Assembly (NCBI GenBank): GCA_028698185.1
Contig: JAQVDW010000017.1
Span: forward strand, 1-32,000
DNA length: 32,000 nt
Direction: 5' to 3'
Source of the DNA: Erysipelotrichaceae bacterium
GTDB lineage: Bacteria; Bacillota_I; Bacilli_A; Erysipelotrichales; Coprobacillaceae
Shown: one piece after another, positions 7,534-15,123 of the stretch
How the letters are laid out: each line of letters starts with the position of its first letter
Numbering within the stretch: the stretch's first letter is position 1
Notes under the pieces: generated by a model
What the model saw: the letters and a program-made list of their open reading frames with translations, nothing else
The model's database searches: none
Told to the model about the DNA's origin: nothing
Position numbers and translations under genes: made by a program

Positions 7534-8235
7534 ATGGAAAGTGCACAAGAAATAATCAAGTATATCGGTGATGCCGTAAAAACAACACCGGTAAAAGCAT
7601 ATGTAAATGGTAAGGATTTGCCTAAGGCTGAGGGGCTGAAGGTATTTGGAAGCAAAAAAAGCCGAGTGATCGTCGGAGATTTGAAACTGGTTGAAAAATA
7701 TATCGAAGACAACAAGGATCAGGTTGAGGATGTCTATTACGAATATGACCGCCGCAATTCGGCGATCCCTTTGCTTGACACTCGCAATATCAATGCCCGT
7801 ATAGAACCTGGTTCATTCATCCGCGACAAAGTATCAATCGGAAACAATGCCGTTATCATGATGGGTGCGGTAATCAACATCGGAGCCGTTATCGGTGATG
7901 GTACGATGATCGACATGGGGGCGATTTTAGGTGGCCGTGCCACTGTCGGTAAGAACTGCCATATCGGTGCTGGAGCAGTCTTGGCGGGTGTCATCGAACC
8001 GCCTAGCGCGTCACCGGTTATCGTCGAAGATGACGTTGTCATCGGGGCTAACGCAGTCGTTATCGAAGGAGTCAGAATCGGTAAAGGTGCCGTTGTCGGT
8101 GCCGGGACTATCGTGACTAAAGATGTTCCTGCTGGAGCTGTTGTCGTTGGCAACCCGGCTCGAATCATGAAGGAACAAAAAGATGCCACAACTGAAGAAA
8201 AAACTCAGCTGATGGATGATTTAAGGAAATTATAA
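7534..8235 (+). CDS. dapH: 2,3,4,5-tetrahydropyridine-2,6-dicarboxylate N-acetyltransferase (acetylase-branch DapH/YkuQ type)
   Basis: I take the ATG at 7534 after AGGAGGA (7522-7528); the track start at 7486 overlaps dapF. The N-terminus [26 protein letters not shown] is followed by left-handed beta-helix hexapeptide repeats ([75 protein letters not shown]). Confidence 0.85.
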   Translation: MESAQEIIKYIGDAVKTTPVKAYVNGKDLPKAEGLKVFGSKKSRVIVGDLKLVEKYIEDNKDQVEDVYYEYDRRNSAIPLLDTRNINARIEPGSFIRDKVSIGNNAVIMMGAVINIGAVIGDGTMIDMGAILGGRATVGKNCHIGAGAVLAGVIEPPSASPVIVEDDVVIGANAVVIEGVRIGKGAVVGAGTIVTKDVPAGAVVVGNPARIMKEQKDATTEEKTQLMDDLRKL

Positions 8236-9368
8236 TGATCGATTTCGCTCAAGTGAAAACTTGGCGGCAAGAGCTTCATCAGATTCCTGAAGTCGGTCTT
8301 CAGGAGCATTTGACAAGTGCTTATCTGAAAGACCAACTTGAAAAAATGGGCTATGAGACTATCCCGGTATTAGATACCGGGATACTCGTTTATATCGACA
8401 ACAACGCCAGAAAGACTATTGCCTTTCGCAGCGATATCGATGCCCTGGCGATCGAGGAAGACCAGTCCCATAAATGCAGATCGAAAATTGCGGGGATGAT
8501 GCATGCTTGTGGCCATGATGGACACATGAGTGCTTTGCTTGGTTTGGCGGCACTCTTGAAAAAAAACCAAAAGAAACCGGATTACAATGTCCTGCTTGTT
8601 TTTCAGCCGGCCGAAGAGTCGCCTGGAGGAGCCCGGCTTATTGTGGAACAGGACATCCTGGAACAATACAATGTCAAGGCCATCTTCGGGATGCATCTGA
8701 TGCCCTCGTTAGATCAGGGTGTTGTCGGCTGTCGACCTGGACCGCTTATGGCCCAGGCAGGGGAACTTGATGTTACAATCGAAGGGAAATCAGCCCACGC
8801 GGGACTGCCTCATCTAGGAATCGACACCATCAATATCGCAGCCAACCTTCTTGGCCTGTATCAGCAGATCCTGCCCCGGCAGTTGCCGCCATTCGAGCCC
8901 TGTGTCTTGAACATCGGCAAGATCGAAGGGGGGACGGTGCGCAATATTGTGGCGTCTAAAACAAAAATGGAAGGTACATTGCGGGCTTTCAATCCGGATG
9001 TCTTCGCCCAGGTCAAAAAGGCGATCTTCGATCTGAACGCCGGTTTTGAAAAAACTTACAACTGCAAAATCACAACCACCCTGCCGGATGGTTATCCGCC
9101 GGTCATCAATGACAAGAACCTTTACCGCCGGTTTATCAAGCTGACAGGCAACGATTATCTTGAACTCGAAGAGCCGATGATGCTTGCGGAAGATTTCGCA
9201 TTTTACCAGACTCGCGTACCGGGGATCTTCTTCTTCATGGGAACAAGAAGCGAAGTCCATCAGTCGAACCTGCATACCGCAACATTTGATTTTGACGAAG
9301 CGGTGCTGCTCAAGGCAATCGACCTGTATGCGAACATATTATTCAATATCAATTTAGAGGAGCTGTAG
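8235..9368 (+). CDS. dapL: M20D amidohydrolase, probable N-acetyldiaminopimelate deacetylase (YkuR type)
   Basis: TAATG overlaps the dapH stop. M20 motifs are present: HQIPEVGLQE, SDIDALAIEE, MHACGHDGH, FQPAEESPGGA. The position directly after dapH matches the Bacillus ykuQ-ykuR arrangement. Confidence 0.7.
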   Translation: MIDFAQVKTWRQELHQIPEVGLQEHLTSAYLKDQLEKMGYETIPVLDTGILVYIDNNARKTIAFRSDIDALAIEEDQSHKCRSKIAGMMHACGHDGHMSALLGLAALLKKNQKKPDYNVLLVFQPAEESPGGARLIVEQDILEQYNVKAIFGMHLMPSLDQGVVGCRPGPLMAQAGELDVTIEGKSAHAGLPHLGIDTINIAANLLGLYQQILPRQLPPFEPCVLNIGKIEGGTVRNIVASKTKMEGTLRAFNPDVFAQVKKAIFDLNAGFEKTYNCKITTTLPDGYPPVINDKNLYRRFIKLTGNDYLELEEPMMLAEDFAFYQTRVPGIFFFMGTRSEVHQSNLHTATFDFDEAVLLKAIDLYANILFNINLEEL

Positions 9369-9369
9369 A

Positions 9370-10551
9370 ATGGAATTTTATCAAAGAAGTTTAGATGCAT
9401 TCATCGAAGCCTATGGCCGGTTCGACATCACGATCGACCATGGCAAAGGTGTTTATTTGTATGATATCAATGACAAAAAATATCTTGATTTTTATTCGGG
9501 TATCGGAGTCAACGCTTTAGGGCATGACCATCCCGAATATACCGAAGCCCTGTGCAAGCAAATCCATCGGGTATTGCATGTATCCAACTACTTCAACACA
9601 GTTGAAGCTATCAAGGCCGCGGAACTGGTAAACAAGGCTACCGGGCTTTCGAAGACTTTCTTTACCAACTCAGGTACCGAAGCGGTAGAAGGTGCGTTGA
9701 AACTGGCTCGAAAATATTACTATCTCAAAACAAACAGGGATGACTCCCAAATCATCTCTTTGCGCCATTCATTCCATGGTCGCTCGACTGGAGCAGTTAC
9801 CCTGACAGGGAATCCAAGTTACCATAAAGGATTCGGTCCGCTGATCAGCGGTGTTGTCTATGGGGACATCAATGATCTCAAATCGGTGACGACTCTGGTC
9901 AACGAGCGTACCAGCGCCATTATCGTCGAACCGGTTCAGGGTGAGGGCGGAATCCATGTCTGCACCCCTGAATTCCTGCAGGGTCTTCGCGCTATCTGTG
10001 ATGAAAATGACATCTGTTTGATCTTTGATGAAGTCCAATGTGGAATGGGTCGTACCGGGACAATGATGACTTACCAACGCTACGGCGTTTATCCGGACAT
10101 CGTTACTTTGGCCAAGGGTCTTGGGGCCGGTGTACCAATCGGAGCTTTTGTGGCCAATGATAAAGTTGCCCAAGCAATGAAACCGGGTGACCATGGATCG
10201 ACATATGGTGGGAATCCATTCGCCACATCGGCTTGCATCAGTGTCGTTGATATCTTTGAAAAGGAAAGAATCCTGGAAAATGTCAATGCCCGTTCAAAAT
10301 ATCTGTTTGAAAAATTGGAAGGACTAAAAGCCAAATATCCATGCATCAAGGAGTTGAGAGGACTTGGCCTGATGGTCGGAATCGAACTGACATCTGAAGC
10401 AAAACCGGTTATGAAAGGTCTTCTTGAACAGGGAGTCATCGTGGTTACCGCCGGATTGAACACTATCCGTCTGTTGCCGCCATTGGTGATTACTGACGAG
10501 AATATTGACGAATTCATTGCCGTCTTTGACAAAGTTCTATCTCAAGTATAA
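9370..10551 (+). CDS. Class-III PLP aminotransferase (ArgD / acetylornithine aminotransferase-like)
   Basis: Motifs seen: GIGVNALGHDHP, NSGTEAVEGALKLARKY, LIFDEVQCGMGRTG, and the PLP-lysine context DIVTLAKGLGAG. It starts 2 nt after the deacetylase stop. Confidence 0.85.
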   Translation: MEFYQRSLDAFIEAYGRFDITIDHGKGVYLYDINDKKYLDFYSGIGVNALGHDHPEYTEALCKQIHRVLHVSNYFNTVEAIKAAELVNKATGLSKTFFTNSGTEAVEGALKLARKYYYLKTNRDDSQIISLRHSFHGRSTGAVTLTGNPSYHKGFGPLISGVVYGDINDLKSVTTLVNERTSAIIVEPVQGEGGIHVCTPEFLQGLRAICDENDICLIFDEVQCGMGRTGTMMTYQRYGVYPDIVTLAKGLGAGVPIGAFVANDKVAQAMKPGDHGSTYGGNPFATSACISVVDIFEKERILENVNARSKYLFEKLEGLKAKYPCIKELRGLGLMVGIELTSEAKPVMKGLLEQGVIVVTAGLNTIRLLPPLVITDENIDEFIAVFDKVLSQV

Positions 10552-10580
10552 AGTGCGGGTTTACGCACTTTTTCTTTTTT
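10552..10580 (+). terminator. Intrinsic terminator after the dap operon
   Basis: The stem AGTGCG/CGCACT (10552-10557 / 10564-10569) has loop GGTTTA and is followed by TTTTCTTTTTT. Confidence 0.75.
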
Positions 10581-10596
10581 AAGAATTTTTAAGCAA

Positions 10597-10633
10597 TCAC
10601 CCCTTGGAATATGCATAAGTTTTAAAGGGGTGA
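10597..10633 (+). promoter_or_regulatory. Hairpin sequestering the SD of the C39-ABC transporter gene
   Basis: CACCCCTT (10598-10605) pairs perfectly with AAGGGGTG (10625-10632). The latter is the only SD-like element, 5 nt upstream of the ATG at 10638. One further T:A pair is possible. The loop is 19 nt and contains the palindrome TATGCATA. Confidence 0.4.
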
Positions 10634-10637
10634 AATT

Positions 10638-12629
10638 ATGCGACGATACAAATATTACATTCAAGACGATCCTAGCAGCTGCGGTGTTTACTGCATGGCG
10701 ATGATTTTGGATTTTCATGGTCGCCATGAAAATGTTCTCAAACTCAAACAGGCGATCAATCCGGATTTCATGGGGTCAAGCGTGGCAGCAATGATCGGCT
10801 TGCTCAAAGATTACAATATCGAGGCCAAAGGCTACCAAAGCGACCTGACATCTTTTTTAAGCGAGGCATCGATGCCGTGTGTCGTGTTGATCGACAATCA
10901 GGGCAACAACCATTTTGTCGTGGTCTATAAAAAATACAAAAGCAAGCTGCTTATCGGTGATCCCGAAAAAGGAAAACGGATTGTCTCTCTAGAAGAATTC
11001 GCCGGACTTTTCAAAGGTGTTGTCATCAACACCGAGCATGTCGGGCGCTTCGAGCCACCGGTCAAGAATGGATCCCTTTATGGAACGCTTCTTTCCAATT
11101 TAAGGCAGGACGGGCCGATTGTCGCAAGGCTGGTGGGGTTTTCATTGCTTATTTCTTTGATGACGCTTGTTGTTTCCGGGTATTACAACAACATCTTCCA
11201 GCGGGACTGGCAGGATAGTCTTGTCATGGTCGTCTCGGTTGGAGTTGTCGGGATACTGGCACTCAAGAGTCTTTTGGAAATGAGCCGGAGCTTCTTGTTT
11301 CTAGAGCTTGAGCAAAGAATCATGGAGCGGATCGTTTTAAAGACTATGGAAAACCTTGTCTACCTCCAGCCTTTTTTCTATCGTAATCTCCAGCAAGGAA
11401 AGACCCTGGCGAAGATCAACAATCTTTTTGTCTTCAGCGCCACTCTTTCTTCCTGCTATACGACAATTACCTTTGACGCCATCCTGGCAACATTCCTGCT
11501 TGGGACCATCGGATTTGTTTCATGGTGGCTGCTCGCATTGATCATCACGGTCATGGGCGTGTTTGGCTGGTGCCTTTACAAGTTGTTGAAACGGCTCAAA
11601 GTCGTGGAAAATGATTTTCTTGACGACGAGGAGGAGTTGAACGAGACCGTGCTCGAGCTGATGGGAAATTACCAGTCAATCCGCCAGTATGGCCTGACCT
11701 CCTTTATCAAGAAAAAACTCAATTTCCAATACTGTTCCTTCAGCCAGAATTATCTGGCCAAGAACAGGATTCAGGTAAAAATCGGCCTTTTTGGCGATCT
11801 GGTTGTAAATTTGCTGGCGGTAATGATGATTTTCCTGGCGACGCTGTTGCCGTTTGACAAATCCTATCTGATTTTGGTATATTTGTTGTTCACTTTGGGA
11901 GCGCGATTTTTGATGAACATCGTGACATTTTGCGTAAACTTTCCGGAAATGGCGAACATCTTCGCCAAGTACCAGCTTTTGCTTCCAGACAAGCCCCAAA
12001 GCAAAAGGCGGCTTAAAAAGACGATCGAATCGGTCGAATGCGCCAATTTGAGTTTTGGATACGGCCGGAATTTGATATTCGACCAGTTCAATCACAAGTT
12101 CACCAAAAACACCTTGATAGTTGGGGCGGTGGGCACGGGCAAGACGACTTTAAGCCATCTGTTAAGCGGCGATCTTGATGCCCAAGCCGGGGAGATACTC
12201 GTAAACGGAAACAATCTGAACGAATATGATTACAGGCAGCTGAAAAAAAGAATCGTTTATCTCGACAAGCAGCCGGTATTTTTCAATGAGAGCCTCCGTT
12301 TCAATATCCTTCTTGGCAGTGGCGATGAGAAAAAGATGGTCGAATTGCTGACTCTTTTCCACCAGGACCAGTTGTTGAAAGTTCTTGAATGCCAGCTTGA
12401 AAACAACTTCCTCTCAGCCGGCATGGCCCAGATCGTCATGATTGTCCGGACGCTTTGCCAGGGTGCGGACGTAATCATTTTTGACGAGGCGCTAAGCAAT
12501 GTGGATCTGCCGACGGCCAAAGTGATTGTTGACTATTTGGATAAATCGGATATTATTGTATTGATGATTACCCACAATACAAAATTGATGAATTTGTGCA
12601 GTCTTTATGATAGAATGGAAATAATCTAG
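10638..12629 (+). CDS. Peptidase-C39-domain ABC exporter (PCAT / bacteriocin-type transporter), 663 aa
   Basis: The N-terminal C39 domain has Gln/Cys (IQDDPSSCGVYCMAMILDFHG), His (NHFVVVY) and Asp (IGDPEKG). A hydrophobic multi-helix TMD follows. The C-terminal NBD has Walker A GAVGTGKTT, Q-loop DKQP, Walker B VIIFDEA and H-loop ITHN. Its signature is LSAGM instead of LSGGQ. Confidence 0.85.
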   Translation: MRRYKYYIQDDPSSCGVYCMAMILDFHGRHENVLKLKQAINPDFMGSSVAAMIGLLKDYNIEAKGYQSDLTSFLSEASMPCVVLIDNQGNNHFVVVYKKYKSKLLIGDPEKGKRIVSLEEFAGLFKGVVINTEHVGRFEPPVKNGSLYGTLLSNLRQDGPIVARLVGFSLLISLMTLVVSGYYNNIFQRDWQDSLVMVVSVGVVGILALKSLLEMSRSFLFLELEQRIMERIVLKTMENLVYLQPFFYRNLQQGKTLAKINNLFVFSATLSSCYTTITFDAILATFLLGTIGFVSWWLLALIITVMGVFGWCLYKLLKRLKVVENDFLDDEEELNETVLELMGNYQSIRQYGLTSFIKKKLNFQYCSFSQNYLAKNRIQVKIGLFGDLVVNLLAVMMIFLATLLPFDKSYLILVYLLFTLGARFLMNIVTFCVNFPEMANIFAKYQLLLPDKPQSKRRLKKTIESVECANLSFGYGRNLIFDQFNHKFTKNTLIVGAVGTGKTTLSHLLSGDLDAQAGEILVNGNNLNEYDYRQLKKRIVYLDKQPVFFNESLRFNILLGSGDEKKMVELLTLFHQDQLLKVLECQLENNFLSAGMAQIVMIVRTLCQGADVIIFDEALSNVDLPTAKVIVDYLDKSDIIVLMITHNTKLMNLCSLYDRMEII

Positions 12630-12647
12630 AAAAGTAAGGTGAATTTA

Positions 12648-13106
12648 ATGGAAATAGATTTGGCTTTAATCAATCAAACGGAAAAAATCAAGGAAGATTA
12701 CAGCAAGGATTTGCACGACATCGTTGCCAAAACCTGTGAAATATTGGACATTGACGAAGATCTCGAACTGTCGTGCATCATCGTATCGACTGACAAGATC
12801 CATGAAATAAACAAGGAATACAGGCATCTCGACAAGCCGACCGATGTCATTTCCTTCGCTCTTGAAGACAGTGAACAAATCGTGGGCGGGGGTGTCCGGG
12901 TACTTGGCGACATTTTTATCTGCGACGATTATGTCATCAATCAGGCACAGGAATACGGCCATTCGTTGAGAAGAGAATTTTGCTTCTTGTTCACCCATGG
13001 CCTGCTGCATCTGCTTGGCTACGACCATATGAATGAAGAAGAAGAGAAAGAGATGATCGGCCTGCAAAAAAAGATTCTCGACAACCTGGAAATCAAAAGA
13101 GGCTGA
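12648..13106 (+). CDS. ybeY: rRNA maturation endoribonuclease YbeY
   Basis: The zinc motif HGLLHLLGYDH is present. I prefer the ATG at 12648, downstream of the SD-like TAAGGTG (12634-12640). The track's GTG at 12639 is an alternative. Confidence 0.9.
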   Translation: MEIDLALINQTEKIKEDYSKDLHDIVAKTCEILDIDEDLELSCIIVSTDKIHEINKEYRHLDKPTDVISFALEDSEQIVGGGVRVLGDIFICDDYVINQAQEYGHSLRREFCFLFTHGLLHLLGYDHMNEEEEKEMIGLQKKILDNLEIKRG

Positions 13107-13107
13107 T

Positions 13108-13509
13108 ATGGAAGATACCAAACTAATCGAACATGCGAAGATCGGGGCATCCCATTCGTACAGTCCCTATTCCAAGTTTGCGGTCGGCGCGGCGCTGCTG
13201 CTTGATGACGGGCAGGTTGTGTTGGGAACCAATGTTGAAAACTGCGCCTACGGGTCGACCATTTGTGCGGAACGGAGCGCTTTGATGGCGGCAATTTCCC
13301 AGGGCTACAAGCCAGACAACATCAAAGCGATGGCCATTTACCATGATGGAGATAAGATCATCCGGCCGTGTGGTGCCTGCTTGCAGGTTATGGGTGAGCT
13401 TATGGGTGCCGATGGTCAGGTCATCATGAGCTCGAACAATAACTATGAAAAATTGAGGGTAGCCGATCTGATGCCCTATGCATTTTCCAAGGAGGATATC
13501 GATGTTTAA
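13108..13509 (+). CDS. cdd: Cytidine deaminase
   Basis: The zinc-binding motifs CAERSAL and PCGACLQVM are present. Length is 133 aa, and the position between ybeY and era is conserved. Confidence 0.9.
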   Translation: MEDTKLIEHAKIGASHSYSPYSKFAVGAALLLDDGQVVLGTNVENCAYGSTICAERSALMAAISQGYKPDNIKAMAIYHDGDKIIRPCGACLQVMGELMGADGQVIMSSNNNYEKLRVADLMPYAFSKEDIDV

Positions 13510-14392
13510 ATCAGGATTTGTATCAATTGTGGGACGTCCAAATGTGGGGAAATCGACCCTGTTGAACAATATATTGAAAACAAAGCTGGCGATAATGTCA
13601 GATGTGGCCCAGACCACAAGAAATACGATTCAGGGAATCTATAACCGTGACGATGCCCAGATCATATTTATGGATACTCCAGGTATCCACAAGCCCCAGG
13701 ACAACCTGGGATCGTTCATGAACACAACGGCAATCAACAGTATCTATGGGGTGGATATCGTCCTGTTTGTCGCTCCGGCCAATGAGGAAATCGGTCATGG
13801 TGACAAGTTCATCGTCGAAAAGCTCAAGCAGGTTGAAGGTCCGAAGTTTTTAGTGCTCAACAAGATCGATCTTGTTTCCAAGGAGCAGCTCTTGCAAAAA
13901 CTTACAGCCTGGCAGGAACTTATGGATTTCGACCAGATAATACCGATCAGCGCCAAATCAAGCGAAAACATCGAAGTGCTTATCGACCAGATCGTCAAGT
14001 ATCTCGATGAAGGAATAAAGTATTATCCAAACGACCAGATCACCGACCATCCCGAAAAATTCATCGTGGCGGAATTCATCCGCGAGAAAATTCTCTACTT
14101 CACCCATGACGAGGTGCCCCACAGCATCGCCATTGTCATCGAGAGGATGCAGGAAATTGACGGAGAGATGGAGATAATGGCTTCAATCGTGGTGGAAAGA
14201 CCGACCCAGAAGGCCATTATTGTCGGGAAGCAGGGGGCGATGATCCAGAAAATCCGGACCAACGCCCGCAAGGAAATCCGCCGGTTCCTCCAAATGCCCG
14301 TCTACCTCGAACTTTTTGTCAAGGTGGAGAAAAACTGGCGCAACAAGCCGAAGTATCTAAGAGAATTTGGCTACAATGAAGACGACTACTGA
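13502..14392 (+). CDS. era: GTPase Era
   Basis: I take the ATG at 13502 after GGAGGA; it overlaps the cdd stop. The N-terminus is MFKSGFVSIVGRPNVGKSTL (G1). DTPG (G3) and NKID (G4) are present, with a C-terminal KH domain region. Confidence 0.93.
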   Translation: MFKSGFVSIVGRPNVGKSTLLNNILKTKLAIMSDVAQTTRNTIQGIYNRDDAQIIFMDTPGIHKPQDNLGSFMNTTAINSIYGVDIVLFVAPANEEIGHGDKFIVEKLKQVEGPKFLVLNKIDLVSKEQLLQKLTAWQELMDFDQIIPISAKSSENIEVLIDQIVKYLDEGIKYYPNDQITDHPEKFIVAEFIREKILYFTHDEVPHSIAIVIERMQEIDGEMEIMASIVVERPTQKAIIVGKQGAMIQKIRTNARKEIRRFLQMPVYLELFVKVEKNWRNKPKYLREFGYNEDDY

Positions 14393-15113
14393 TTTTGAGG
14401 TTGTCGAAGGAATTGTCATCAACGTCCAGGCGTATCAGGAAAACGACCAAATCATCACGGTCTATACCGACCAGTTTGGCAAAATCAGTTTCATCGGCAA
14501 GGGAGTCAAGAAAATCCTCAACAAGAATGCCTCGAGTTGCATGCTTTTTGCCAACAGCGAGTTTACCCTGGTGTTGAAAAAGGGTCTGTCCCGCTTGATA
14601 AAGGCCCAGAATTCCAAATTCTACCGCTACATCCACAGCGATATCGAAGTCCACAGCTATGGTGCCTATATTCTTGAGTTTTTCTACCGTTTCCAAGAGA
14701 CCAATGCCCCAAGCCAGAGGCTCTATGGGATTTTGAAGCAAAGCCTTGAGGCCCTGAACAACGGTTACGATCCCCGTCTTGTCTATCTCCTGTTCAACAC
14801 TTTCATTCTGGAGTTTTTAGGCAGCGGAATCGAGGTGAACGGCTGCCATATCTGCCACAACCCCCAGGTCGCAGGCATTTCCTACGAGGGTGGTTTTGTC
14901 TGCAAGGAGCATCTCGATGCCCGGGCACAAAAATACCCGCCCCGATTTTTAAAGGCGTTCCGGATGATTTGTACCCGGACAATCTCGCAAATCGACCAAA
15001 TTGTTATTGATCAGCAAGATTATCTTGAATTAATCAAGATAATTGATTATTATATTGAAGAATATACCGGAATGGTATTCAAATCCAAAAAATTTATCAA
15101 CGAGTTTTTATAA
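14376..15113 (+). CDS. recO: DNA repair protein RecO
   Basis: The ATG at 14376 (or the TTG at 14367) overlaps the end of era. An OB-fold N-terminus (VEGIVINVQAYQENDQIITVYT) and a Cys-rich segment (CHICHN...FVCKEH) are present. The position after era is conserved. Confidence 0.85.
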   Translation: MKTTTDFEVVEGIVINVQAYQENDQIITVYTDQFGKISFIGKGVKKILNKNASSCMLFANSEFTLVLKKGLSRLIKAQNSKFYRYIHSDIEVHSYGAYILEFFYRFQETNAPSQRLYGILKQSLEALNNGYDPRLVYLLFNTFILEFLGSGIEVNGCHICHNPQVAGISYEGGFVCKEHLDARAQKYPPRFLKAFRMICTRTISQIDQIVIDQQDYLELIKIIDYYIEEYTGMVFKSKKFINEFL

Positions 15114-15123
15114 AGGAGTCATA

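Noticed and set aside
7737-8189. A 150-aa Ala/Thr/Pro-rich antisense ORF lies within dapH.
   Set aside because: It mirrors the hexapeptide-repeat (Gly/Ala/Val/Ile codon) region. This artefact is typical of left-handed beta-helix genes.
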